From contig CAYJXI010000003.1 of NCBI GenBank assembly GCA_964374105.1, forward strand, positions 13,336-77,335: a stretch of DNA of 64,000 nt, written 5' to 3'. This document shows positions 9,364 through 19,045 of this stretch, in pieces. Made by a program: the position numbers and the translations under genes. The notes beneath the pieces were generated by a model, which saw only the letters and a program-made list of their open reading frames with translations, had not been told where the DNA came from and did not search any database. This DNA comes from an uncultured Planctomycetales bacterium (GTDB lineage Bacteria; Omnitrophota; Gorgyraeia; Zapsychrales; JANLHA01). The first letter of the stretch is position 1. Each line of letters begins with the position of its first letter.

Positions 9364-9504
9364 TTAGATGATAGTATATGTTTTCTCGATGACCGATTTA
9401 ATCGTTTCTTCGATATCCCATTCTGCGTTAAAACAAAGTGTAATGATTGATACCTTGGGCCTTTCTGATTTAAACAATTTTGACTTCCCCTTCCGGATAT
9501 TCAT
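9364..9504 (-). pseudogene. GT2 glycosyltransferase remnant, N-terminal piece interrupted by IS982.
   Basis: The ATG at 9502-9504 overlaps the 3' end of the GT9 gene. The frame encodes MNIRKGKSKLFKSERPKVSIITLCFNAEWDIEETIKSVIEKTYTII, the classic GT2 N-terminus (SIIT.CYNAE..I.ETI.SVL.QTY). It ends exactly at the IS982 right inverted repeat. Confidence 0.6.
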
Positions 9505-10645
9505 AATTGGAATTGATCTTTTTTTTAATAGCTGAAAAGATTTTTTCTAACTTGATGTTTCGCATACAATGGAAACTTCCTTGGCAGGTTGGGATCGTGT
9601 AACCAAATAAGGTACAAGGAGAACATTCTACATTCTCAGTGATTACAGAATGATTTTTACCGATAGGTTCCCATTTTTTGAGATTGCCAGGTCCAAAAAT
9701 TCCAATTACTGGAGTCCCCACGGCACAAGCTAAATGCATCAATCCAGAGTCTGGTCCAACAAATAATTTACTTTTTTTTATTAAAGCAGCGCTTTCCATT
9801 AATGAAATCTTCCCTACGAAATTGAAAACTCGATTATCTTTAATCCCATGTAAAATTTCACGAGCATATTGTTGAACATCTTTTCCACCCAAAACGGCAA
9901 TAGAAAAATTCCTATTTAAGATAAATCTAATGAGTTCTAAGCTTTGAATTCGATCTAAACGTCTTACAGCAATACTGGCTCCTAAAAAGACTGTGATATA
10001 AGGATGTATCATTGTTTGATCTGCCCAAATGAGAGTTTGAGAATCGATGTGAAAACAGTCATTAATATTTTCTATCTCTTGGCATTCAGGGAGAATTGGA
10101 AGGAATAACCTCTTAAAATTTTCAATTTCATAACTATTGATTTCATAATTGACTTTATAATTAAAAAGTTTTGCACGATTGAATCTAGTGCCAAATCCCA
10201 TGTTTGTTTTGTGCTTTACGAAATACGAAATCAAGGCACTTAAATAGTGCCATTGTTCGGTATCTACGATTACATCATATTGATTTTTAAATAGAGAAAG
10301 AAAGGATTGAGGTACATCATAACAATAAATATTGTCACCCATATCCTTTTGTGAGGAAAACACCGCACTATTTCTTTTTTCACATAAGATATCAACCGAG
10401 GCGGTTTTATTGAACTTTTTTAACTTACGTAAAAATGGAATTAAAAAAATGGCATCCCCAATTCCTCCCGGTCTAATAATAAGTATTTGATCGTATTTCA
10501 AGCCTTTTTGTGATACATTTTTCTTTTCCTTAACCAAAAAGGTCAACAAAAGGCCAAACGTCAAGTCAAGGAGTTTAATCATTTTTAATTTCAATGATCC
10601 AAGAGAATGAATGACTTCTAAAATGTTAATATTTACGGTTTGCAT
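9470..10645 (-). CDS. Glycosyltransferase family 9 (heptosyltransferase-like).
   Basis: ILIIRPGGIGDAIFLIPFLRKL near the N-terminus and LFVGPDSGLMHLACAVGTPVIGIFGP near the C-terminus are the two GT9 signature regions. Confidence 0.65.
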   Translation of the reverse strand: MQTVNINILEVIHSLGSLKLKMIKLLDLTFGLLLTFLVKEKKNVSQKGLKYDQILIIRPGGIGDAIFLIPFLRKLKKFNKTASVDILCEKRNSAVFSSQKDMGDNIYCYDVPQSFLSLFKNQYDVIVDTEQWHYLSALISYFVKHKTNMGFGTRFNRAKLFNYKVNYEINSYEIENFKRLFLPILPECQEIENINDCFHIDSQTLIWADQTMIHPYITVFLGASIAVRRLDRIQSLELIRFILNRNFSIAVLGGKDVQQYAREILHGIKDNRVFNFVGKISLMESAALIKKSKLFVGPDSGLMHLACAVGTPVIGIFGPGNLKKWEPIGKNHSVITENVECSPCTLFGYTIPTCQGSFHCMRNIKLEKIFSAIKKKINSNYEYPEGEVKIV

Positions 10646-11525
10646 TTTTATTTACCTTAGCAATAACCCAAACAACATTATTTGGAAAGAATAAATTTAA
10701 AGGCATGGATAGAATATATGAAATACTATCTTGAGGTAGAATTTTATTAAGAAGTCTTAGGGATTTTTTCGAAAGAAAATATTGTCTGATGTTAAACATG
10801 ATTGTTGGGATTGTATCATATCCTAGGATGACGATTTCCAATCCTAACTGCGTGAGTAAAGTTTTTAGGGAATCCCGTCCAAAATGCCATAAATGATGAG
10901 GTACAGCCCACAATACGGCATATTGCCGAAATATTTTCATTTCTAAAGAATCTGCATTAGGAACAACAATATAAAAATGAGACGCCCCATTGAGTATAAA
11001 TTTTTGTAAAAATTGATGGGGGTTTTTAATATGTTCAAGGACATGACGTAAGATAACAACTTTATTTTTAATTATATGTGGATCTTGAATTTCAATAGTT
11101 TCGTAATTGAACTGATGATAAGGAATTTCGGGAATCGATTTTATATAATATGGCCTTTCTTGAAAAGCATCCACAGAATGGACTGAATACCCCATTTTAT
11201 AAAGAACTTCAGAAAATTCACCGAATCCAGCTCCTACATCTAAGAATTCCCGAGATTTTGCATAATGAATGAACCTCTTGATTTCCCAATAATTAAGAAT
11301 TTTTTTAAAGCAGTATTTAAGTTTATTATCAGGCGCGTTGAATATTTGGGGACTATAGAGAGAACTCAGATCCCCTGGTATCGGCCATGTTTTTTTTATT
11401 TTGCAGTTAGGGCACTCAAAAATGGTATATGGATTTTTGAAGTCTGGATTGAGAATTTCTAGAACATTATTTATTTTAACTAATTTATTGCAATTGAGAC
11501 AAGTAGTAACTTCCATTGTCTTCAC
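10626..11525 (-). CDS. Class I SAM-dependent methyltransferase with an N-terminal Cys4 zinc ribbon.
   Basis: CLNCNK...CPNCK is a zinc ribbon. LDVGAGFGEFSEVL is SAM motif I. The 3' end overlaps the GT9 gene start by 20 nt. Confidence 0.55.
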   Translation of the reverse strand: MKTMEVTTCLNCNKLVKINNVLEILNPDFKNPYTIFECPNCKIKKTWPIPGDLSSLYSPQIFNAPDNKLKYCFKKILNYWEIKRFIHYAKSREFLDVGAGFGEFSEVLYKMGYSVHSVDAFQERPYYIKSIPEIPYHQFNYETIEIQDPHIIKNKVVILRHVLEHIKNPHQFLQKFILNGASHFYIVVPNADSLEMKIFRQYAVLWAVPHHLWHFGRDSLKTLLTQLGLEIVILGYDTIPTIMFNIRQYFLSKKSLRLLNKILPQDSISYILSMPLNLFFPNNVVWVIAKVNKNANRKY

Positions 11526-11535
11526 TAGGTTAAGG

Positions 11536-12408
11536 TTATAAAGGATTTGAAAGGTAGAGAATCATAATCACAAAGAGGATCCACAATATAATGTTAATCA
11601 ATAACGGTCGATCTGATAACAAGATTTCTCCCGGATCATCTCCAAATTTTTTCACATGAACAAGGTAAAGGTATCTGAAAATCCCGTATATTACAAACCC
11701 TACAGAATAGATCATATAATCTTGGCCAACTCGGATCATAATATCTGCGGACAATGTGTATAATCCATAAAAGACAATACTCAATGTTGAACATATGATG
11801 ATGATTTGATCAAGAAGATAAGTCGTATAATGGGCCAAAACACTTCTGTGCTCAGGGGCTTGATCCTTTAGAGTGGTAATCTCATGGCGTCTTTTTGTAA
11901 ATCCTAAAAATAAAGCTAATAGAAAAACACAGAGTTGAAATCTGGCTGAGGGCAAAACACCACTGGCCAGGGCGCCAGCCCAGATCCTTAACTGAAACCC
12001 AGCAGCAACAAATACGACATCAAGGATCACAATTTTCTTAGTATAAAGATTATAAATGAGGTGCAAAAGGATATATAGAACTCCCATATAAAAGATAAAG
12101 ATATCGACCACAAAACAAATCAAAAGTCCTAAACTCAACAAGCCCACAATAAGTCCAATAATTTGAGAATTCTTAAATTTTCCTTGGGCCAAAGGTCTAG
12201 AGGCTTTTTTGGGATGTAGACGGTCTTTATGACTATCGATATGATCATTAAATATATATGTTCCACTCGCAATTAAACAAAATCCTACAAAAGTTACGAC
12301 ACAATTGAGGAGGCGATTAATGTCAAATAAATTTCCGGAGAAAATAAGTGGGAAAAAGATAAAGGCATTCTTAATCCACTGTTTTATTCTCAATAACTTT
12401 GATAGCAT
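11536..12408 (-). CDS. UbiA-family prenyltransferase, decaprenyl-phosphate 5-phosphoribosyltransferase-like (polyprenyl-P-pentose donor synthesis).
   Basis: A 290-aa protein with 8-9 TM segments. The N-terminus IKQWIKNAFIFFPLIFSG and the Asp-rich NDHIDSHKD motif match the mycobacterial Rv3806c-type UbiA phosphoribosyltransferase pattern (QWVKN...NDxxDxxxD). Confidence 0.55.
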   Translation of the reverse strand: MLSKLLRIKQWIKNAFIFFPLIFSGNLFDINRLLNCVVTFVGFCLIASGTYIFNDHIDSHKDRLHPKKASRPLAQGKFKNSQIIGLIVGLLSLGLLICFVVDIFIFYMGVLYILLHLIYNLYTKKIVILDVVFVAAGFQLRIWAGALASGVLPSARFQLCVFLLALFLGFTKRRHEITTLKDQAPEHRSVLAHYTTYLLDQIIIICSTLSIVFYGLYTLSADIMIRVGQDYMIYSVGFVIYGIFRYLYLVHVKKFGDDPGEILLSDRPLLINIILWILFVIMILYLSNPL

Positions 12409-12431
12409 AAATCACCTGCCCTTGTTGAACC

Positions 12432-14402
12432 TCATTGAATAAGAATTTCGCCCAATTTGAGCACAGTCTTTTGTTCATCAAAGGTTTTTATATAAGGCAA
12501 ATCCTCTTTTGTCTGATTAGCAATTTCGATTGTCGATATTTGGTTTTGATCTGCGTTAAAAAAGAAAATTTCTAGGGAATATTGGCCTGGAGGCAGTGAG
12601 GGTGGCAAAAGGAGCCAATAATTTTCTTTGATAAAATCTCCTTTTTCCCAAGAGACTGTTGGATAAATCGAATAACCGATACGTCTAACGCGAGAATCAA
12701 CCGTTTCATCCCCCTTTTTGATATATAATACCATTTTGTAATTTTCTTTAACATCAACATCAGATTTCCAAAGAAATGTGAGCGGTAAAAGAGATCTGCG
12801 GGAATGTAAAGACGGCCCTATTTTAGAAACTAGAAGTCGGAACCGATGATCAATAAGAACTTGGGGGGATTGGGAAATATCTTCTGGACCATGATCTTTC
12901 ATCACTTCAACAAGTCTGATCCCTTCCTCGTCTTCTCTTTCTAAAAGTACTATGTCTTCAACTGCATCTTTGACCTTCCAGTTCACTTGAGAGAAAAAAG
13001 GATCTTTAAGAAGCACAATGGTGGATGGCTTCCGAATTACATCTTGTAAAACCCATTCATCCTCGAAGTCTATTAGGGCGTATGATATTTCAGGGGGTGG
13101 TCGAAAAGGATACCCTGTCAAACCATTAAATCCTCTTGTTACATTTAAAAATGAATAGAGATGTTTACGTCGGGATAGTTCATTTAAAAAATCAAATGTG
13201 GCGATAATCCCAGACTCGGGAGGAATCTGTTTTATCATTTTCCAGCGAATAGGATCGAGCTTATCAGGAATCATAGAAATACGAGAGGATAACATCGACT
13301 TATAACTTAAGGTGCTAAATAAGCAAACGAAGGCAATAATAATGAATGTTGTACAAAAAAAGCAAGTTCTTGTATTGGCTTGCAAATATTTTAATGATTT
13401 AGCAGCCGCTAAGAAAACAAATGGAACAATAGATGTATTGTAATGAAAGAAAATAGTGTGTTGTGACCATGGATAAGCTAAAATATTCTGTAGAAGAATT
13501 GGGGAAATTATAAAGAGTGTTTGAGGGTTTAATAATGGAATAAATAGAAGTGGACCAAAGAGCTCTCGATAATAATACAGATTGTCTGGATGAACAATAT
13601 GTTGTTTAAAAATTTTTATAGGATGAGATAAAAGGGTCCCAAGGATTTGTAAAGGGGTATTCCCTAAACCTAAAGAAGAATATAAAACAAGGTACTGATG
13701 GGGGCTAGGTAGATCTCTTCTGATAGTGGGTGTGATGATAAACAACACTATATAAAAATAAATGGACCCAAATAAGATCGGAATTAATCCCCATCTTAAC
13801 TTATTTGTCTTTTTAGAAAAAAGAATGTAAATACCAAATGCAAAAATAATTAATGACATGTTTTCTTTAAGGAGGGGAATTAATATCATCACAATAAAAA
13901 ATGCTTTAAATCTTTCTTCTCTATAAAAATAATACAAAAGGAAAAGAAAAATAACGGATAAGCTTTCAAAATCAAATTCGAAAAGAAGAGCAAAGATGTT
14001 GGCTGGGAAAAAGATAAAAAGAATCATCAAAATTAAGGCCATTATGGGATGGAGATCTTTTTTGACAATGGTATAAAGCATAAAGGCACCGGAAAAGAAG
14101 GAAAGAAGTTTTAAATAAATCAGGGTCAAAGAATGAGGAAAGAGGAAGTATATGGGTGTAATCAATAAAGCAATATAATTCGCATGATTGGCAAAAAAAT
14201 TCATACCTATGAGAGAAGAATAAAAAGATCCATGGGTTAGATTCCACATGGCATGGGAATATATCGCCAAATCCCAATCATAATAACCGAAAAAATAATA
14301 TTTATAAGTTAAAAGAATAAACCATGATGTGAAGCCTAACAAGGATATAAACAAAGCCACTAGATCGTAATGTTTATATTTTTTAGTCAAGGAATGTTCC
14401 AA
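12432..14402 (-). CDS. Large polytopic membrane protein, GT-C-fold glycosyltransferase candidate (DUF2079/ArnT/PMT-like), with a C-terminal soluble domain.
   Basis: A 656-aa protein with about 11 N-terminal TM helices. The acidic motif YYDWDL sits in the first extracytoplasmic loop right after TM1, which is where GT-C enzymes carry their catalytic D/E motif. The C-terminal 250 aa are hydrophilic. Start-to-stop spacing suggests an operon with the UbiA-family gene. Confidence 0.45.
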   Translation of the reverse strand: MEHSLTKKYKHYDLVALFISLLGFTSWFILLTYKYYFFGYYDWDLAIYSHAMWNLTHGSFYSSLIGMNFFANHANYIALLITPIYFLFPHSLTLIYLKLLSFFSGAFMLYTIVKKDLHPIMALILMILFIFFPANIFALLFEFDFESLSVIFLFLLYYFYREERFKAFFIVMILIPLLKENMSLIIFAFGIYILFSKKTNKLRWGLIPILFGSIYFYIVLFIITPTIRRDLPSPHQYLVLYSSLGLGNTPLQILGTLLSHPIKIFKQHIVHPDNLYYYRELFGPLLFIPLLNPQTLFIISPILLQNILAYPWSQHTIFFHYNTSIVPFVFLAAAKSLKYLQANTRTCFFCTTFIIIAFVCLFSTLSYKSMLSSRISMIPDKLDPIRWKMIKQIPPESGIIATFDFLNELSRRKHLYSFLNVTRGFNGLTGYPFRPPPEISYALIDFEDEWVLQDVIRKPSTIVLLKDPFFSQVNWKVKDAVEDIVLLEREDEEGIRLVEVMKDHGPEDISQSPQVLIDHRFRLLVSKIGPSLHSRRSLLPLTFLWKSDVDVKENYKMVLYIKKGDETVDSRVRRIGYSIYPTVSWEKGDFIKENYWLLLPPSLPPGQYSLEIFFFNADQNQISTIEIANQTKEDLPYIKTFDEQKTVLKLGEILIQ

Positions 14403-14459
14403 TTTAAAAATTCCCTACTTCGTTCGTCAGGATCACGGGTTGAGAAATATCTCAATCCG

Positions 14460-15467
14460 TCAATTTAATGTCTTATAAACCTTACGCCAATAACGAGACA
14501 AGAATTTCACTTTTCCTTCTAGCCAATGGATATGATTCTTAGCCCAAGCAATTGTCGAAATAAGACCCTGTTCGAACTTGATGTGAGGTTGCCAGCCTAA
14601 TTTTTTTATCTTGTCATAGTTTAAAGAATAGCGAAAGTCATGACCGGGACGATCTCTGACAAATTGAATGAGATCAGAAGATTTTTGTAAATACTGAAGG
14701 GCTAACCGAGCCACATCAATATTTCGCTTTTCAAAGGGGCTGCCTATGTTATAAGTTTCTCCTATTTGTCCTTTTTCTAAAATGAGCAGTATGGCGGCAA
14801 TACAATCACTGACATGCAGCCATTCCCGGATATTCAACCCCCTCCCATAAACCGGGATTTTTTTATTTTTTAAAGCCTTGAGGATAATCACGGGAATAAA
14901 CTTCTCTGGATATTGCCATGGCCCGTAGTTATTGGTGGGCCGTATAAGAATGGCCGGCAATCGGTGGGTTCGGATGGCCGCTTTAATAAGACAGTCGGCG
15001 GAAGCCTTTGTCGCGGAATAAGGATTATTGGGACTTAGAGAAGAGGACTCGTTAAATTCCCCCTTCTTGATTTCTCCGTAAACCTCATCCGTAGAGATGT
15101 GAAGGTATTTGGAAATATGAAATTTTCTGACACCATCAATGAGATTTTGTGTTCCTTTAATATTAGTTTTGATAAAAGGATAGGGGTCAAGGATACTTCG
15201 ATCCACATGGGTCTCAGCCGCAAAATGGATGATGGCCTTAGGTTTTTCCTTTTTTATAATGTCAGCAACTTTTGGAAAATGACAAATATCTTCTCGGTAA
15301 AAAATAATCTGGCCTTTGACAGACTGCAAACGGGTCAAATCCCCTGCATAAGTCAATTTGTCAATAACCACAACTTTGTAACCACGCGCCACCCCCTGCC
15401 TTACAAATTCGCTGCCAATGAATCCTGCCCCTCCGGTCACCAATATCTTGGATGAAAATTTAGTCAT
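14460..15467 (-). CDS. rfbB: dTDP-glucose 4,6-dehydratase.
   Basis: ILVTGGAGFIGSEF Rossmann motif, STDEVYG, the catalytic YSATKASADCL (YxxxK) and PTNNYGPWQYPEKFIP are all RmlB hallmarks. Confidence 0.9.
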   Translation of the reverse strand: MTKFSSKILVTGGAGFIGSEFVRQGVARGYKVVVIDKLTYAGDLTRLQSVKGQIIFYREDICHFPKVADIIKKEKPKAIIHFAAETHVDRSILDPYPFIKTNIKGTQNLIDGVRKFHISKYLHISTDEVYGEIKKGEFNESSSLSPNNPYSATKASADCLIKAAIRTHRLPAILIRPTNNYGPWQYPEKFIPVIILKALKNKKIPVYGRGLNIREWLHVSDCIAAILLILEKGQIGETYNIGSPFEKRNIDVARLALQYLQKSSDLIQFVRDRPGHDFRYSLNYDKIKKLGWQPHIKFEQGLISTIAWAKNHIHWLEGKVKFLSRYWRKVYKTLN

Positions 15468-15520
15468 ATCTTCAAAGGAAACGGGCTTAAAGCAATACTT
15501 GTAAATCTAATTCAGCGGTT

Positions 15521-16342
15521 CTAATTCTTAAGGTAACTTTGCACACATTTTTCCAGGATATCTCTGGTCTTTCTAACCGGGAACCCGATTTTTTCGAGTT
15601 TTTTGCATGTGAGGATGAGGTTAGTCCTTTTTAATTTTAATTTGTCGTATTCAATAAGTTCAAATTGAAAATCCGGGACATGTCTTTGATAGATTTTCAG
15701 AAGGTCCGGATAATAAAGAGCGCCTTTGTTAATCACGTTGAATAGACCCTTAGCATTCTTTTTAAGCAAATATTTCAGTGCCCGAATAAAATCGGGAATG
15801 TAAGTCACTGAGTTGGGAACATCAATGACCTTTTTATATTGAATCAGTTTGGTCAAGAGATTTTTAGGATGAGGCCTGTCATCCAACGGAATGCGGATCC
15901 GGGTGATTAAGATATTAAATTGGCGGGAGAGGATTTCTAAGGGCTTTTCACTGTAGATTTTGGTCCGACTATAATAAAGGTCAAAATAATCCGGAATTTT
16001 TTTTTCATCAATGGGTTTGGATTGAGAATAATCATAATGGTAGATACACCCACTGGAGACATGAACTAATTTGATGTTATTTCGCAAGGCCCCTTCCGCC
16101 AAAAGTAAAGGAACAAAGGTATTGGCCTGAATTGTTTTTTCGGGTTGAAGTTCACAGTCATCGACATTCCTATCCCCCGTATATCCGATGCAATTGATCA
16201 TGATCTTAGGGTTAAATTGATGGATTAAATCCTGCACATCTTTAAGCTGATGAATTTTGGAGTCGTTGATCGTGCCATTCAGCCCTTCCTTGAGCCGTTG
16301 ACCGATATAACCTTTTCCTAAGATCAGGATCTCTTTATTCAC
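15521..16342 (-). CDS. RmlD-family NAD(P)-dependent dTDP-4-keto-6-deoxyhexose reductase.
   Basis: N-terminal ILILGKGYIGQRL Rossmann motif and a YSRTK catalytic YxxxK. The gene overlaps rfbA by 8 nt. No rmlC epimerase is present in the window, so the product may not be L-rhamnose. Confidence 0.55.
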   Translation of the reverse strand: MNKEILILGKGYIGQRLKEGLNGTINDSKIHQLKDVQDLIHQFNPKIMINCIGYTGDRNVDDCELQPEKTIQANTFVPLLLAEGALRNNIKLVHVSSGCIYHYDYSQSKPIDEKKIPDYFDLYYSRTKIYSEKPLEILSRQFNILITRIRIPLDDRPHPKNLLTKLIQYKKVIDVPNSVTYIPDFIRALKYLLKKNAKGLFNVINKGALYYPDLLKIYQRHVPDFQFELIEYDKLKLKRTNLILTCKKLEKIGFPVRKTRDILEKCVQSYLKN

Positions 16343-17201
16343 TTAAAAGAACTCCTTTAAGATATTCGCCATAATTTGTTTTGATGGCGCTGGCCAGTTT
16401 TATAAGCTGTTGGGAAGTAATATACCCCATGCGGTAAGCAATCTCCTCGATGCAACCCACTTTAAGGCCTTGGCGGTCCTCAATGGTTCTGATAAAGGTT
16501 GAGGCTTCAATCAAAGAATCATAGGACCCGGTATCCAACCAGGCATAACCCCGGCCTAGCAATTCGACCTTTAAGGCTCCCTTTTTAAGATAGGCATTGT
16601 TCACATCGGTGATTTCCAGTTCCCCCCTCTGGGAAGGTTTCAAAGATTTGGCGATCTTAATGACTCGATGATCATAGAAATATAACCCGGTGCAGGCCCA
16701 GTTCGATTTTGGTTTTGACGGTTTTTCTTCAATAGAAATGACTTTCTTCTTTTTATTAAAGTGAATCACGCCATAGGCTTGGGGGTTTTTGACATAATAA
16801 CCAAATATCGTGGCTCCTTTCTTTCTTAAACTTGCTCTTTTAAGACATTGGGTGAGATTATGGCCGTAAAAGATATTATCACCCAAAATAAGGGCAACCG
16901 GACTCTTTTTAATAAAATCCTCTCCAATGAGGAAGGCCTCAGCAATCCCGCGAGGTTGTTGTTGGACTTTGTAATGAAAAGTCAATCCCAGATCCTTTCC
17001 CGTTCCAAATAGATTTTCAAACCGAGGGAGGTCTTTAGAGGTGGAAATGATAAGAATCTCTCTGATTCCGCTGAGCATTAATACCGAAAGCGGATAATAG
17101 ATCATGGGTTTATCGTAAATGGGAATGAGTTGTTTGCAAACAGCTCTTGTGATTGGATATAATCTTGAACCTGTCCCTCCAGCCAGGATAATGCCTTTCA
17201 A
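16335..17201 (-). CDS. rfbA: Glucose-1-phosphate thymidylyltransferase.
   Basis: MKGIILAGGTGSRLYPIT followed by QLIPIYDKPMIYYPLS is the RmlA signature. The start is TTG, preceded by AAGGAAAG. Confidence 0.9.
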   Translation of the reverse strand: MKGIILAGGTGSRLYPITRAVCKQLIPIYDKPMIYYPLSVLMLSGIREILIISTSKDLPRFENLFGTGKDLGLTFHYKVQQQPRGIAEAFLIGEDFIKKSPVALILGDNIFYGHNLTQCLKRASLRKKGATIFGYYVKNPQAYGVIHFNKKKKVISIEEKPSKPKSNWACTGLYFYDHRVIKIAKSLKPSQRGELEITDVNNAYLKKGALKVELLGRGYAWLDTGSYDSLIEASTFIRTIEDRQGLKVGCIEEIAYRMGYITSQQLIKLASAIKTNYGEYLKGVLLSE

Positions 17202-17387
17202 ATGAGCTTTCCTTTCATAATATAAAGATTAATATGACTTAATAAACTTTTTTAAGTATATCATTGATGTTATTCTTTGACTAGAAATTCAAAAATTTTT
17301 TTTAACGAATTCTTGTTTGCGATTTTAAAGATGAGATACGGGATGGAAGCGGCAGGATGGGGCCTGAGTTTTTATAATTTGTTGAAT

Positions 17388-18053
17388 TCAAGAGCAGTTG
17401 CCATAGAATTTTTCCCCAATCTCAATTCTCTCTTTACCCTTTTTGATTCGCCAAAGATTGGTATCTCTCAAAGAGTAAACACAACCACAGTATTCTTGCT
17501 GGTAAAATTCTTCTCTTTTGGCAATTTCATACATACGCTGAGAACCCCCGCCTTTTCGCCAATTATAGGTCCAATAAATAAGCTGAGGATAACGAGAAGC
17601 CGCTTTAATTCCGCAGGAATTGATTTGATTCATATCCTTCCAGCGAGAAAGACCAAGACTGCTGGTAAAAACTTTAAAGTTATGTTCATGAGAATAAAGG
17701 GCAGTTCGTTCAAAACGCATATCAAAACAGACACTGCAGCGTTTTCCCCTTTCGGGTTCCCATTCTAAACCTCGAACCCGTTCAAACCAGTTATCCCGGT
17801 CATAATCGGCATCAACAAAAGGGATTTTCATTTTCTCGGCAAAACGGATATTTTCATTTTTGCGGATTTCGTATTCCCTCTTAGGATGGATATTAGGATT
17901 GTAGAAAAAGATCGTAAATTCTATCCCAGAGGCAACCAGGGCCTCCATGATTTCTCCTGAACAAGGGGCACAACAGGAGTGCAACAGGATCTTTTTTTCA
18001 TTATGAGGAGGAATGAGCTTAATTCTTTCTACTGGCTTTTCCATAGATTCCAT
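17388..18053 (-). CDS. queH: Epoxyqueuosine reductase QueH (DUF208).
   Basis: The [10 protein letters not shown] motif and conserved cysteines/CGC near the C-terminus match the QueH family. Confidence 0.85.
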   Translation of the reverse strand: MESMEKPVERIKLIPPHNEKKILLHSCCAPCSGEIMEALVASGIEFTIFFYNPNIHPKREYEIRKNENIRFAEKMKIPFVDADYDRDNWFERVRGLEWEPERGKRCSVCFDMRFERTALYSHEHNFKVFTSSLGLSRWKDMNQINSCGIKAASRYPQLIYWTYNWRKGGGSQRMYEIAKREEFYQQEYCGCVYSLRDTNLWRIKKGKERIEIGEKFYGNCS

Positions 18054-18103
18054 ATTGCCTTAAGATCTAGCTTTTGTCAAGACGGGTATTGTGATATTTT
18101 GAC

Positions 18104-19045
18104 CTATTTCACCATTGCTTTAAAGGCCAAGGGAAGGGAATCGATCATATCGCTTGCGATCATGGCGATTTTTGTTTTCTTTTTGGCAGTGAGATCCCCT
18201 GCTTTTCCATGGAAATAAGTTGCCCATTTCGCAGCTTCAAATCCAGAGAGTCCCTGTCCTAAAAAGGCGATGATGATTCCGGTTAAGACATCCCCGCTAC
18301 CCGCAGTCGCCATGCCGGGATTCCCAGTTTTGTTGATATATATTTTCCCTTGAGGAGAGGCGACAACCGTTCGATATCCTTTGAGCACTAAGACACATTT
18401 GTATTTCATGGCAAAATCTTTGGCGACCTGAATGCGGTTTTTTTCTATGAACTCCTTTTTTAAAGCAACTAATCGGCTCATTTCTCCTGGGTGGGGTGTT
18501 AAGATTTTGATACTGGATGTCTTTCTTAAACATTTAAGATTTTGAGAAATAGCGTTGAGGGCGTCCGCATCAATGACCAGACTTTGAGAAGCAGTCTCGA
18601 TGACCTTAATTATAAAACGTTGGGTACTTAAGTGTTGGGAGAGCCCCGGGCCAAGCGCAATCGCTTGAAAGTTCTTCAACTCTTTCTTTAAAGAAGAATA
18701 AGCGGACAAAGAGATTGTTTGTAGGAGCGTCTCTTTTAAGGATAAAGTCATAATCACCGCAGAAATCTTTTTTTGTAAAACAGAATTGAGACTCTTGGGG
18801 ACACCGATCGTTACCAACCCCGCCCCGGAACGCATGGCGGCAAGTCCACATAAAGCGGCTGCTCCTAGCATATGGGGGGAACCGGCTAGGATAAGAACAT
18901 GCCCAAATTGATTTTTATAAACGTTAGGAATCTGACGTAATAATGGCGCTGGCAATGGCATAATTTTGGGTATGGGAAATCGAAATGAAGATTTTGTTTT
19001 TAAATTTTTTGTTACGGTAAATACAGATGGGTTTGCCGAATTCAT
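18104..19045 (-). CDS. nnrD: ADP-dependent NAD(P)H-hydrate dehydratase (YjeF C-terminal-domain family).
   Basis: GHVLILAGSPHMLGAAALCGLAAMRSGAG and GSGDVLTGIIIAFL match the carbohydrate-kinase-like Nnr dehydratase. The true start is probably the internal ATG at about 18961, since the long form overlaps acpS. Confidence 0.75.
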   Translation of the reverse strand: MNSANPSVFTVTKNLKTKSSFRFPIPKIMPLPAPLLRQIPNVYKNQFGHVLILAGSPHMLGAAALCGLAAMRSGAGLVTIGVPKSLNSVLQKKISAVIMTLSLKETLLQTISLSAYSSLKKELKNFQAIALGPGLSQHLSTQRFIIKVIETASQSLVIDADALNAISQNLKCLRKTSSIKILTPHPGEMSRLVALKKEFIEKNRIQVAKDFAMKYKCVLVLKGYRTVVASPQGKIYINKTGNPGMATAGSGDVLTGIIIAFLGQGLSGFEAAKWATYFHGKAGDLTAKKKTKIAMIASDMIDSLPLAFKAMVK

